IMG/VR virus record: IMGVR_UViG_3300044701_000569
Coordinates: 186,001-250,000 of that record
Reading direction: 5' to 3' (one strand)
Length of the DNA stretch: 64,000 nt
In this document: piece after piece, positions 19,082-28,533 of the stretch
How positions within the stretch are numbered: position 1 is the first letter of the stretch
Layout: each line of letters opens with the position of its first letter
Notes under the pieces: generated by a model
Told to the model about the DNA's origin: nothing
Seen by the model: the letters and a program-made list of their open reading frames with translations, nothing else
The model's database searches: none
Program-made: the position numbers and the translations under genes

Positions 19082-19954
19082 TTAGGTGCCCCACGCATTT
19101 CCGAATATGTCGACATGGAGACGGGGCGTATATCTCCATCCCCGCTCCATTGCGAGGTTTGCGACTCGCTTGGTGTTTTGCTGGTAAAGCCCATCTTTTC
19201 CACCAACTGGCATAACATAGACTGGACATTCGATACCAGCACTGCGATATTCTCTAACAGCCTTTTCAACTTCGTCCACGTCCACTTCATCAGCAACAAC
19301 AAACTTGAAGTAAATGTCACTGTTAGGTACGGTACTATAAGACAGAGCAATATCAGGTTTGATAGCATCATTCCAAGACTCCCCCGAAACAGAAAGCTTC
19401 GGTGAGCAGGACCAAGTAATTCTGAGTTTGCTCTGTTGACAGAGATAGTCTCTAAAATCAGGTCTGAGAGCTTGTGTAGTATTTGTTTCAAAAGTAACAT
19501 TTTTTAAATCTTTCATTCTAGGATGTTCAAACAATTCTTGATAAAACTTTTGCCATCCTAGCAAAGGTTCTCCGCCTGTGATAATAAAATGAATGTCCTG
19601 CCCATTGTCCATCGTCCACTTGCCCGTAGGAGTAAGACTCAACAAGTGATCTACAACTTCGTCTACAGTCTTATCCTGCATAAACTTTTTAAATTCAGGA
19701 TAGATGCTAGCATAGGTATCACAGCCTGTGCCTATGATAGGTAAGTCTTTAAACTCTACAATAGATTCAAGACGTCCACTGTCTAGTAGTTCTTTTACTT
19801 CCGGATTATACTTATCGTTAACAGTTCCTCTAGGTAAACCAAAGTTCATACAACGAAAGTTACAACCAAAAGTACGTAGGAACACACTAGGTACTCCTAC
19901 GTAACGACCTTCACCTTGAATAGAATAAAATGCTTCGCTATATCTTAATTTCAC
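19082..19954 (-). CDS. queE: 7-carboxy-7-deazaguanine synthase (radical SAM)
   Basis: EAFYSIQGEG...SVFLRTFGCNFRC...CDT, TGGEP, ETN, SPKL, RLH; next to folE. Confidence 0.85.
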   Translation of the reverse strand: MKLRYSEAFYSIQGEGRYVGVPSVFLRTFGCNFRCMNFGLPRGTVNDKYNPEVKELLDSGRLESIVEFKDLPIIGTGCDTYASIYPEFKKFMQDKTVDEVVDHLLSLTPTGKWTMDNGQDIHFIITGGEPLLGWQKFYQELFEHPRMKDLKNVTFETNTTQALRPDFRDYLCQQSKLRITWSCSPKLSVSGESWNDAIKPDIALSYSTVPNSDIYFKFVVADEVDVDEVEKAVREYRSAGIECPVYVMPVGGKDGLYQQNTKRVANLAMERGWRYTPRLHVDIFGNAWGT

Positions 19955-20325
19955 TTCAAGTTCTCCAATGTAGCGATCCTAGCAATCTTTTCGCCAAAAT
20001 CTTCATCCTTACCTATAATATACAGCGTAGATTCACTTCTGTCAATCTTACGATCCATCCTACGAAATTCAACAATAGTACCACCAATAGCAGGATAGAC
20101 CCTAAAATTTAATTTAGGGTCTTGTTCCGGAGTGTCTCTCTCAAGACTAATTGGTCCATCGCTTGTACGTTGTACACGATTTGTTCTGGAAGCATTTTCC
20201 CAATCTTCCCTAACCCAACGTAGTATCATACGTTTAAACCAATTTATCTTTCTAGGCTTGTTGTAACCTTCGTCAAGTTGTGATGGCATTTTTGCTTCTT
20301 CAACTGCGTACATTGATGTTCCCAT
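19951..20325 (-). CDS. Hypothetical phage protein
   Basis: 124 aa ORF between folE and queE. Confidence 0.65.
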   Translation of the reverse strand: MGTSMYAVEEAKMPSQLDEGYNKPRKINWFKRMILRWVREDWENASRTNRVQRTSDGPISLERDTPEQDPKLNFRVYPAIGGTIVEFRRMDRKIDRSESTLYIIGKDEDFGEKIARIATLENLK

Positions 20326-20327
20326 AA

Positions 20328-21026
20328 TTATCGTGGTGCAAATTCTTGCTGTAGTTTAATGTTGTCAAAAAACTCTTTCTTAGTACCTGGGTCATCTTTA
20401 AATGCACCTTTGAGTACTGTAGTCTGAGTTAATGAACTATGTGCCATAATGCCACGATTCTCACAGCATCCGTGTGTGGCTTGAATATATACAGCTACAT
20501 TTTCTGAGTCGGTAACTCGCATGATTTCGCGGGCAATATCATTGCAGAGCTCTTCTTGAAGCGTCCCGCGCCTGGCACACCACTGTGCGATACGAGTGTA
20601 TTTGGAAAGCCCAATGAGTTTGTTGGCGGCAATAATCCCGATATATGCCACGCCACTAACGGGCTGATGATGATGACTACACATACTACGAAGCTCACTA
20701 CGGACAACCAGCATACCTTCGTAGCGGTCCTCCGAATCGTTGGGAAATGCTGTTGCGTCTGGTGCTGGGTCATATCTTCCTGCCATAATTTCATTCACGT
20801 ACATCTTAGCAAGACGCCTTGCGGTGCCTCGACTGTTAGGATCTGTATGTCTGTCAATAACTAGTGCGTCTAGCACACCTTCAAACTTTTCAGTAATTTC
20901 ATCAATTAACTGATCTCGTTCACTAGGAGCAAGCCATTGGCTAATGTTGTCACCAGCCCAAAAGCGACCGCCTTCATTCTTAATTCTATTTCTAATTACC
21001 TGTGATAGGTTCTTTTCTTGAGTCAT
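20328..21026 (-). CDS. folE: GTP cyclohydrolase I
   Basis: SMCSHH, IGLSKYTR, RGTLQEEL, HGCCENRG. Confidence 0.95.
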   Translation of the reverse strand: MTQEKNLSQVIRNRIKNEGGRFWAGDNISQWLAPSERDQLIDEITEKFEGVLDALVIDRHTDPNSRGTARRLAKMYVNEIMAGRYDPAPDATAFPNDSEDRYEGMLVVRSELRSMCSHHHQPVSGVAYIGIIAANKLIGLSKYTRIAQWCARRGTLQEELCNDIAREIMRVTDSENVAVYIQATHGCCENRGIMAHSSLTQTTVLKGAFKDDPGTKKEFFDNIKLQQEFAPR

Positions 21027-21079
21027 TATTTCTTTCTCCGATGTTGAGGCAGAGGATTGCCGTATATACTATATGTTAT

Positions 21080-21108
21080 AGTATACACTTTATTTAGGTT
21101 TTTGTCAA
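21080..21108 (-). promoter_or_regulatory. Sigma70-like promoter with TAAATA in the spacer, upstream of folE
   Basis: TTGACA-17-TATACT. Confidence 0.75.
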
Positions 21109-21110
21109 GA

Positions 21111-21314
21111 TTAAACACTAAAATATTTTTTTAGCATTTCTAACTTGTCGCTGTACTCTGCCATAATTGCCAATTCCTTTTCAATAGCATCCATTATATC
21201 AGTATGCTCTGGAATAGCAATTGGATTGTTAAGCATTACTTCAACATTCATCTTGTGCTTTAGAATATGCGACTCAAAATGAACTTTGGATGTTTCTAAA
21301 ATTTCTTTACGCAT
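21111..21314 (-). CDS. Hypothetical phage protein
   Basis: 67 aa ORF with GGAG SD. Confidence 0.7.
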   Translation of the reverse strand: MRKEILETSKVHFESHILKHKMNVEVMLNNPIAIPEHTDIMDAIEKELAIMAEYSDKLEMLKKYFSV

Positions 21315-21660
21315 GAGGCTCTCCTTTTCTATAGTTGCCTTTTTCTGGGATAACGTGTCTTACGCCTCCCCTTGGATCTTCCATGTCACCCTTGCGACGT
21401 GGTATTAAGTGTATATGAGGATACATAACAGTTTGTCCTGCAGCCTCCCCTACATTTTGACCAATGTTGAACGCATCGCAGTATCCGCGATCAACCCAAT
21501 CATAGCCCCACTTGTAAGCAGCTTCCCAGCATTTTACCATGTGTTGCCAATCTTCAACTTTTGGTACAAAAAGTACATGTCCTTCTGTAACAGGAAATCC
21601 GTCCTTATAGACGGTAAAATCTCTAGTATCTAATAAAACATTAGTCCAAGGTCCTGGCAT
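21307..21660 (-). CDS. HIT family nucleotide hydrolase
   Basis: FPVTEGHVLFVP, AGQTVMYPHIHLIPR (first His of the triad is Tyr). Confidence 0.85.
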   Translation of the reverse strand: MPGPWTNVLLDTRDFTVYKDGFPVTEGHVLFVPKVEDWQHMVKCWEAAYKWGYDWVDRGYCDAFNIGQNVGEAAGQTVMYPHIHLIPRRKGDMEDPRGGVRHVIPEKGNYRKGEPHA

Positions 21661-21669
21661 ATCTTACTC

Positions 21670-22266
21670 TCATATAAAATTAAAATTTATAACGGTCCTA
21701 ACATCACTACTAGGGGGCGTACTAGCATGATAATGTCTTCCGTCAAATATTAAACATCTTCCTTTTTTAGGAGATATTTTAGTTAAAACTTTCTGTTCGT
21801 TAGGATTTAAATGTTGATTTATATCACTGTCGTCGTTCATTTTATCAAAAATAACAGTATCGCCGTCGCTGTCGTTTACATAATAGATACACACAAGATG
21901 CATTCCTGGGCGATCAACATGAGGTCTATCAACTTTCTGATTGTTAATTGGAGAAGACATAAACCCTCTTATAAGAGTGATGTCGTTTAATTTTATATTT
22001 GCAGCATCAACAGCATTATACAACACAGAAGTTACTAGGTGATTAGTAGTACCATAATTTTTTTCTTTGTCAAAAATCATACTACCCCAGCCAAATCTCT
22101 TTTTTAATGGAACACCAACTTTTAAAAACTCATTAATCTGCAAATCAGAAAAAGTTATATCAGACTGAAACCACCAGGGTTGTTTGTTGTGCATATACTC
22201 TTCAATTTGATTTTGAAAAGTTGTAGATATAGCATTATCAACGACAACGAAGTCATCTAGTATCAT
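21670..22266 (-). CDS. Fe(II)/2OG oxygenase
   Basis: PHVD, IYYVNDSDGDT, PKKGR..IFDG..YHAS, RTVINFN. Confidence 0.85.
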   Translation of the reverse strand: MILDDFVVVDNAISTTFQNQIEEYMHNKQPWWFQSDITFSDLQINEFLKVGVPLKKRFGWGSMIFDKEKNYGTTNHLVTSVLYNAVDAANIKLNDITLIRGFMSSPINNQKVDRPHVDRPGMHLVCIYYVNDSDGDTVIFDKMNDDSDINQHLNPNEQKVLTKISPKKGRCLIFDGRHYHASTPPSSDVRTVINFNFI

Positions 22267-22513
22267 TTTTCTTTTTCTCGTAGTCGTATATTAACATAGA
22301 CAAGTCGTCTAATTTATCATTAGTTTCAAAAACATGAGTGGCTACACTGCCAACAATATCCATATGATACTTGCTAGGATAATGACGCAGGCAGTAATAT
22401 GCTTGTTTACGAATTGCTTTAGGAACACGAGGCGTCTTCTTAGGATCAAGAAGATCGTGTAAAAATTTTCCAGTGTTTATTACAGAACGATATCTTTCGT
22501 CAGGCAGCGTCAT
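22253..22513 (-). CDS. Hypothetical protein (MTLPDER...LRHYP type)
   Basis: ORF ATGA-coupled to the PRTase, with GGAG SD. Confidence 0.65.
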   Translation of the reverse strand: MTLPDERYRSVINTGKFLHDLLDPKKTPRVPKAIRKQAYYCLRHYPSKYHMDIVGSVATHVFETNDKLDDLSMLIYDYEKKKNDTR

Positions 22514-23052
22514 TTTTTCTCCCAAGGATATACTAGCCAAACATCATTTTCAATTTTATTAACCTCATGCGAGTAGTATGAGATATTGTCAAAGTTACTG
22601 GACAGATTGTTTGTTAAAACTGCGAATCGTACATTACCGCCAAATACATTACTCCAACCAGCATCTTCGTTGGGTAAACAACTACTGCGCCAATCCTTTT
22701 CAATCCATTCCAGTGTTGCACCTGTATCGTTAATGTCGTCAACAATTAGTATGTTTGATCTACGTGCAGGATCCCACCTGCTTTTGTAAAGTTCTTGTTC
22801 TTCAAGGGCAACGCATCCAAACGCATCTTCTGCCATCCAGCAGTTACTTTCACACTCTCCACCGTCACGCAGACTAACCTTTAGCGATTCGCAACGTACA
22901 TCAATCATATGAGAAATAATAGTAGCAGGAATGTTTCCGCCACGAGTTAAGCCAACAATGTAATCAGGACGCCAAAGGTCTTTGTACATCTGCAGAACAA
23001 TGTCAGTACACATCTGTTCTACATCTTGCCAAGAGTAGAAATGTTTATTCAT
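22510..23052 (-). CDS. Phosphoribosyltransferase (xanthine/guanine PRT-like)
   Basis: IVGLTRGG, ILIVDDINDTGAT PRPP motif, WLVYPWE. Confidence 0.9.
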   Translation of the reverse strand: MNKHFYSWQDVEQMCTDIVLQMYKDLWRPDYIVGLTRGGNIPATIISHMIDVRCESLKVSLRDGGECESNCWMAEDAFGCVALEEQELYKSRWDPARRSNILIVDDINDTGATLEWIEKDWRSSCLPNEDAGWSNVFGGNVRFAVLTNNLSSNFDNISYYSHEVNKIENDVWLVYPWEKK

Positions 23053-23324
23053 TGTAGTGTCCTTTTACGAGGCATGCCCGCACGTTCAAGTTCTTCTAAC
23101 TCATCTTCATCAAAGAAGTGTTCTGCAATTTGTGCTAGAACTTCTGGAGGAAGATCGTCAACATCTACTGGCCTAGCACCTAGAGATTCAATTTCGTCAG
23201 AAGTTTTGCCTTCAAACATGTTAGTTAATTCTTTAATGAAAGCATCAAGTTCTTCCTGTGTGCCTTCAAAGTTGTCAAAGCACCCTGGTGCAAATTCAAC
23301 TCGCATTTTCTTTTCTTCTGTCAT
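23049..23324 (-). CDS. Hypothetical acidic protein
   Basis: 91 aa ORF, coupled. Confidence 0.7.
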   Translation of the reverse strand: MTEEKKMRVEFAPGCFDNFEGTQEELDAFIKELTNMFEGKTSDEIESLGARPVDVDDLPPEVLAQIAEHFFDEDELEELERAGMPRKRTLQ

Positions 23325-23773
23325 TTTGAGTCCTTAATGGCGTCAAAGGTTTTATATTTTTCTAAAGCACGTTCGTAAGCATCTTTAAGTTCTTTGAGCT
23401 TAGGATACTTCTCTTCCATGCGAATGTCACGCTTTAATAATAACAGAGCATCACGCATTTCGTCAAGCTCTTTTAAGATATCTCTACCATTAACTTCTAA
23501 TGGTGTAGTAATTTTTGTTACAGACGGTCCTATACTAACTGTAGTATCTTGAGTTACGGAGTTTAAAGAGTAAACTGGACTTGATACCCATGAAACTCCA
23601 TTAAGACCGGGTGTAGTTACCAGTCCACTACCGCCACCTCCGCCGCCCACTGCTGAAATGTTAACACCACTAACAGAAGGAACAGGTCCATAGCCCTGTA
23701 AGAAACCACCAACTGTAGCGCCAGCGGTTAACTCAGTTATTAGCGGAGTATTTTTCTCTAAGGTATCGCTCAT
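23321..23773 (-). CDS. Hypothetical protein, G/S/T-rich N-terminus
   Basis: 150 aa ORF; C-terminal EEKYPKLKEL helix. Confidence 0.65.
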   Translation of the reverse strand: MSDTLEKNTPLITELTAGATVGGFLQGYGPVPSVSGVNISAVGGGGGGSGLVTTPGLNGVSWVSSPVYSLNSVTQDTTVSIGPSVTKITTPLEVNGRDILKELDEMRDALLLLKRDIRMEEKYPKLKELKDAYERALEKYKTFDAIKDSK

Positions 23774-24173
23774 GCTGTATCCATTCTCCGTTTACATCAA
23801 AACCCCAGTCTTTTTGCTTAGGACCAGGCATAAACAAGGTCCAACAATCAACCCCAGGTTCTAATTCTACTCTATGATAACTGTTTGCCCTGCAGGTTCT
23901 AAAATGTCCTGCACCTCTCCAAAAACGACCTTCTGGAGTAGTTTCCCAATAGCCACCTTTAAGGATCAGCGTAGCATAAGGCCAAGGATGATCATGAAGA
24001 TCGTCAGGATCACCTTTTAGAAACTTGTGTAGAAAGACGTTAAACGGAAATCGTTCTCTTTCTTTTAAGAAAAGATAATAGCGTTCAAGGTATGGCTCAG
24101 AACTTAGTCTGTCCATAATGATACGCTTGCGGTCAGTTTTGTCTAGCAGTTTAAAAAAGAGACGTTTGATCAT
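23733..24173 (-). CDS. Cupin-like protein
   Basis: LHKF...DDLHDHPW...GGYWE...HRVEL...WTLF. Confidence 0.7.
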   Translation of the reverse strand: MIKRLFFKLLDKTDRKRIIMDRLSSEPYLERYYLFLKERERFPFNVFLHKFLKGDPDDLHDHPWPYATLILKGGYWETTPEGRFWRGAGHFRTCRANSYHRVELEPGVDCWTLFMPGPKQKDWGFDVNGEWIQHERYLREKYSANN

Positions 24174-24525
24174 CTTTCATTTTACCTTTCCAGTCTTGTT
24201 CGACCATTTTGTAAACAGTTTTAAAATTTTCAAATGCTTTAGCTAGTCCGGGATATTCTTCACACATCTTTTCTACAGTATCAAAGTCTGGAAAGCAGTC
24301 CTTCCATTCAGTTCTATCAAATACAAATGTACTGCTGCTAAGACCGTCTAGATTAATTGCTGTATCAGTTGATAAAATATAATCTGTGCCGGATAGCGTA
24401 ATAGTTTCTATACCACCTGCCATAGTTGACACTGTAAAAACATCTTGAGCTGCATAGTTGCTATCAACAGTAATAGTTACGTCGCCTGTGGATGTAAAAA
24501 CAAATTCATCGTCTTTATTTTCCAT
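24151..24525 (-). CDS. Hypothetical protein
   Basis: 124 aa ORF; T/S-rich N-terminus, EEYPGLAKAF. Confidence 0.65.
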   Translation of the reverse strand: MENKDDEFVFTSTGDVTITVDSNYAAQDVFTVSTMAGGIETITLSGTDYILSTDTAINLDGLSSSTFVFDRTEWKDCFPDFDTVEKMCEEYPGLAKAFENFKTVYKMVEQDWKGKMKDDQTSLF

Positions 24526-25618
24526 TCTTTATCGCCTCATAGAGATCCTTACCATTAAAGAATTCTTTCTTTAACTTAGCGACCTGCTTATCTAGACTAA
24601 CTAGAAAGTCTTCGTAGTGTTCCATATATTCTACTATTTGAGCTACTATCTTAGCTCTATTGTCTTTATAAGACAGGAAGTCAGTAGTCCAGTCAGACGG
24701 ATATTTAAACTCTGGTAGAGACATCTCGCTGTAACTAAGCCTATCAGGAACCATAGGAATAGCATCTACTAGTGCGCCTTCATACCAACTGATGCCTAAT
24801 GTTTCCTGCAAGTTAGCACTGAACACTAACTTAGCTTGTCCTAGTAAGTTATGATATTCGTTCTTTGTTAAACTGCGTTCTTGACAGATTACAAATTCGT
24901 ACTGTGGAAGTTGTTCTGCTAGATCTCTAAAAATATCAACCTGCTTTTCTGGAGCAATACGATGCGGGAAAAGAATTAAATCTTTCTTCTCCATACCTTT
25001 ATATTGACTTAGACTGTTTGCAAGATACTCCATGGGCCAACCAACACGTACAATCTTCCCATCGTTGTATCGATCTTCCCATTCCTCATGATACCAGGGA
25101 TTTTCTAATGGGATGCCATCATGTAGCAGTTCATCAAACAACATCTTTACATGAAACTCTGTTGCAAAAAAGTTTTGATCATAACAGTGAAACATGCTCT
25201 TCTCAGCATTCCTGACCCAGCTTGCTGGGCCTATAAGTCTTCCTAGGAAGTCTGCCTCATCATAAGAACCAGCATGCCATAAACCACCAATTCGAATGTC
25301 GATGCCCAAGAGCTCAGCCATGTACCGAAGCTGTATAACCGTGGGGTTCCAAGCATCTGTGTAAAGAAAATAGTCGCCATTTTTAATTTCTCCTTTGCAG
25401 AACATTTCACCAATCTGTTCGAGCTGTTTGCTCTTATACACATTGGTACCGCCAAAATTGAGAAAAGCCCCAGGCGTAGTAGCCTGAGGCGTTTCACCAC
25501 CACTAATTACAACAACTTTTTCATTCGTAGCATGGCGAAGCTGTTGTGGAAGATAGTCCTTCCACTGTTTAGTGTAGCGTGTATCTACTGCTTCAATATC
25601 TACGATGTATATAGTCAT
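24515..25618 (-). CDS. GT-B fold glycosyltransferase (GT4-like)
   Basis: FPHRIAPEKQ, ETLGISWYEG (E-x7-E donor-binding motif), PDRLSYSE. Confidence 0.8.
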   Translation of the reverse strand: MTIYIVDIEAVDTRYTKQWKDYLPQQLRHATNEKVVVISGGETPQATTPGAFLNFGGTNVYKSKQLEQIGEMFCKGEIKNGDYFLYTDAWNPTVIQLRYMAELLGIDIRIGGLWHAGSYDEADFLGRLIGPASWVRNAEKSMFHCYDQNFFATEFHVKMLFDELLHDGIPLENPWYHEEWEDRYNDGKIVRVGWPMEYLANSLSQYKGMEKKDLILFPHRIAPEKQVDIFRDLAEQLPQYEFVICQERSLTKNEYHNLLGQAKLVFSANLQETLGISWYEGALVDAIPMVPDRLSYSEMSLPEFKYPSDWTTDFLSYKDNRAKIVAQIVEYMEHYEDFLVSLDKQVAKLKKEFFNGKDLYEAIKNGK

Positions 25619-25821
25619 TGGTGTGTATTTTTCTCAAAACGTCGTGTGTTCTTAAATTTCGAACGTTGCCATCCGCGATAGCGTTCGTATGCCTGCCAAT
25701 TAGGATCTTCCTTATTATAAAGAGCCCGTTCGTTGAATACCTTACCTTCAAAGCGGCAATAATCGCGATAACTATCGAGATCATTAAATACCTTGTTGAT
25801 AACGGGATTAGTGATAGACAT
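25615..25821 (-). CDS. Hypothetical protein
   Basis: 68 aa ORF with AAGGA upstream. Confidence 0.65.
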   Translation of the reverse strand: MSITNPVINKVFNDLDSYRDYCRFEGKVFNERALYNKEDPNWQAYERYRGWQRSKFKNTRRFEKNTHQ

Positions 25822-25835
25822 TGTTGTTTTTTCCT

Positions 25836-26228
25836 TTAAATCAAGTTGTAAGGATAATAGATAAGTGAGCCATTTTCTCCATCTTCGGAGACTTCAATTT
25901 CTACAAATCGGCCCGGAAACTTTGTAGAAATTTCCTTATACAAGTCATCCGAAATCATTTCGCAAGACTTGTGATTAAGTTCTAGTGTACCTTGGTTATA
26001 TAGATTTTCAAGCCAACGCTTGAATTGAATGAATTCAATATCTCGGTCATCATGGAAAACTTCGATACGAACCTTAAAGTGAAAGATATGTCGATGTGGA
26101 GTAGCTAGAAAACTCACATCATATTCATCACCTGTTGCTAGCTTAGGATCTACGCTTGCGGCAGGATAGCAGTGGATACCTTCTTTACGGAAAGTAACCC
26201 AAACACTCTTTGAAATAGGTTGACTCAT
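25836..26228 (-). CDS. QueD/PTPS-like T-fold enzyme
   Basis: EGIHCYP, HRHIFHFKV, DRDIEFIQFK, SCEM, EDGENG; lies in the folE/queE/TGT neighbourhood. Confidence 0.7.
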   Translation of the reverse strand: MSQPISKSVWVTFRKEGIHCYPAASVDPKLATGDEYDVSFLATPHRHIFHFKVRIEVFHDDRDIEFIQFKRWLENLYNQGTLELNHKSCEMISDDLYKEISTKFPGRFVEIEVSEDGENGSLIYYPYNLI

Positions 26229-26256
26229 TTGTTGCCTTTGTTTTTGTTATATTTTA

Positions 26257-26285
26257 AGTATATGTTCACTTAACTACCTTGTCAA
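26257..26285 (-). promoter_or_regulatory. Sigma70-like promoter
   Basis: TTGACA-17-TATACT. Confidence 0.7.
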
Positions 26286-26784
26286 GTGTATATTTGGACC
26301 AATCAGTAAATTTTGTTCTATCCATTAGTTCATGAAGACTATGACTCCAAACACCTGGGTTAGTTGCCTTAAAGTCCTTGTCATCGATCTTGAGCATAGT
26401 GTTATAATTCCAAAGACGGATATAAGGAATTGGAACACGTATTTGTGGAATAAAATTATCTTGTTCGTTTAACCCACCATCGTTAAATTCTTCAACACAA
26501 TGAATTGGAATATCTAAACTACAAAAATAATCCTTTTTAAGAAAATACATAATCATATCTTCCCATACTTTCCATTCTTCGTAGGTGCTGCCAGGATTAA
26601 AACTGTGATTAGCACCAAAGAAGATATGCTGTATGTGATGCTTGAGTTTAGATTCTATAACATGAACAGAATGAACACCTACTACAAACAGTGTGTCCAT
26701 TCCATATGCAGGAGTGTGTTCTACTTCTTCACCGTAGAAGAATACAGCGTCATCTTCTACTCCGTCGATATAATCTCTTTTCAT
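26266..26784 (-). CDS. Hypothetical protein between the TGT-like and QueD-like genes
   Basis: 172 aa ORF (EVEHTPAYG..TLFV, IFFGANHSF, KIDD.DF.ATNPGVW). Confidence 0.7.
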   Translation of the reverse strand: MKRDYIDGVEDDAVFFYGEEVEHTPAYGMDTLFVVGVHSVHVIESKLKHHIQHIFFGANHSFNPGSTYEEWKVWEDMIMYFLKKDYFCSLDIPIHCVEEFNDGGLNEQDNFIPQIRVPIPYIRLWNYNTMLKIDDKDFKATNPGVWSHSLHELMDRTKFTDWSKYTLDKVVK

Positions 26785-26987
26785 AATGCTAATGCTCTTA
26801 ATTTAGTTTCGTAAAGGTTGATTTCGTCTTTGATCCAAAGTTTTTTAGTTTTAAGCATGTTAACTGTTGAGTCGGGAGCAAACTTATTATATAACAAGTT
26901 TATCTCGTCGTCAAGCTCTCTATGCTTTTTATAAAGTTCTTGTAGATGTGCCACAAGTTTATCGTGGTCTGTTTCAAAGTTGTTCAT
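26781..26987 (-). CDS. DUF465/YdcH-like small coiled-coil protein
   Basis: HRELDDEI...LKTKKLWIKDEI. Confidence 0.7.
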   Translation of the reverse strand: MNNFETDHDKLVAHLQELYKKHRELDDEINLLYNKFAPDSTVNMLKTKKLWIKDEINLYETKLRALAL

Positions 26988-28533
26988 CCTCCAACTCCTC
27001 CAGTTTATGTTCTTGTTCTTCCGTAAACTCACCCGCTTCTAGTTCTTGCTCTGTCGTTTGCTCTACTTCAAACAGCGCATCGAAGTATGTACTAGAGTTC
27101 ACAGTTTTCTTTCCAATTGCACCGCGAGTACCGGGAATAGCAATCCAAAATTTTGAATACTTTTCAATTACTTCTAATGATTCTTCTCGAGTTGTCTTTG
27201 AAAATATTTCTTCTACAACATCTCTAAAGAACAGTCTATCAAACTTTTCTTGTACCAACATGTTTGGAACAACACCTGCATCATACTGTCTATTTGCTTC
27301 TTGCACAGCATTGATGTGACTCCATACATTATGACCCATCTGAATAGCATAACTAAAACTATCCCAACTGGTGCGCCCTTCCTTGCCAATCTTATTCAAA
27401 TCGCCTGGTTTATAAATGCATACATCAGATACTTTCATTTCTGATGTAATTGGACTGTCTTCAAAGTTCTTGAAGATACCGTCTTGCAATACTGCTTGTT
27501 TAAAAGTTCTAGTATCGGTTGCATACTTTTTATGGTCAATGCTTGGAACCATTCGATAGGTCCACTTGCCTCTATCAGGTGTTTCATTTTGAATGTAAAT
27601 CTGTCCATTAGCAGTTGCTAAGAACGGGCTAGCACAGTCAAACGTCAGCATCATAGTAGGATTATAATACTTGCGAATAGCACGTTGTAAGTCTGTAAGC
27701 AAACATGCCCACTCTAATTTACTAGTGCCCAAGAAATGCATTACATCATGTACACCGCTTTGTAACAAGCCGTCATAGTGCAGAGCAACAATACGTTTGA
27801 GTACTAAGTGTACATCACACATGTTCTGTCCACCCATACTCCACCCATTAAAGTGATTGTCAGGATAGATGTTAGGGTCGCAGTAATCTTTCATCTGCTG
27901 ATACCAATCTTCTGCATCAGTGTGATTTTCACCTTGCAGAACATTTAAGAACTTACATGCTCCTGTACGATGCTTTAACCAATAGTCATTATTAATGCGT
28001 GTTGCTTTAACGGCTTCTTGATAAGTGCTGATACCAGTAGCCTTTGCGCCTTCAGGTGAACGAGCAACCCAGGCTGGGATATCAAGTACCATGCCATAGT
28101 CCATATAAGCGTCCATCCAACGCAATACACCATCTCGTTTCTTTTGAGCCTTAGGGCAATTAGGATCTTTCCAATCACCTTCCCAAACACCCTTACCAAT
28201 CTGGAAGCCGCCTGAGTCACCCAGCAACCAAGTGTTCTGTCTATCTCTATTACGAACCATGTCTTCTTTAGGCACAATCTTAGTTGTATCTAAATCAGCA
28301 TGTCCTGCAGAGTAAAGCGTCCACTTGTATGTGAACGCTCCTTCTTGCGCATTAAGATAGTTTAGACTTTCAACTCCGTGTTGGAAGTTAGCAGGAATAC
28401 GAGCTGCCTCAATGTAAGGACCTTTAACAGGATCTGGATGACGCTGCTTGCCTACATAAGTTGCATAGAAGCCGCTTAGTGCTGGTAAGAAGTGTGCGTA
28501 ATCGTTTTGTGTCGCTGTTAAGTCTTTATTCAT
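26974..28533 (-). CDS. tRNA-guanine transglycosylase-like protein (DpdA-type base-exchange enzyme candidate)
   Basis: LGDSGGFQ, MVLDIP, VLQG, MHFLG, TFDCASP, GHN. The CxCxxC Zn motif is absent. Confidence 0.8.
   Translation of the reverse strand: MNKDLTATQNDYAHFLPALSGFYATYVGKQRHPDPVKGPYIEAARIPANFQHGVESLNYLNAQEGAFTYKWTLYSAGHADLDTTKIVPKEDMVRNRDRQNTWLLGDSGGFQIGKGVWEGDWKDPNCPKAQKKRDGVLRWMDAYMDYGMVLDIPAWVARSPEGAKATGISTYQEAVKATRINNDYWLKHRTGACKFLNVLQGENHTDAEDWYQQMKDYCDPNIYPDNHFNGWSMGGQNMCDVHLVLKRIVALHYDGLLQSGVHDVMHFLGTSKLEWACLLTDLQRAIRKYYNPTMMLTFDCASPFLATANGQIYIQNETPDRGKWTYRMVPSIDHKKYATDTRTFKQAVLQDGIFKNFEDSPITSEMKVSDVCIYKPGDLNKIGKEGRTSWDSFSYAIQMGHNVWSHINAVQEANRQYDAGVVPNMLVQEKFDRLFFRDVVEEIFSKTTREESLEVIEKYSKFWIAIPGTRGAIGKKTVNSSTYFDALFEVEQTTEQELEAGEFTEEQEHKLEELEDEQL

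Noticed and set aside
19018-19500. 160-aa and 74-aa alternative-frame ORFs overlapping queE
   Set aside because: They are same-strand overlaps of a conserved gene without motifs. A 26-aa tail ORF (19018-19098) is possible but unsupported.
26974-28533. Calling this a canonical tRNA tgt or definitively dpdA
   Set aside because: The Zn-binding CxCxxC is missing, and the substrate (tRNA or DNA) cannot be determined from sequence, so no gene symbol is given.
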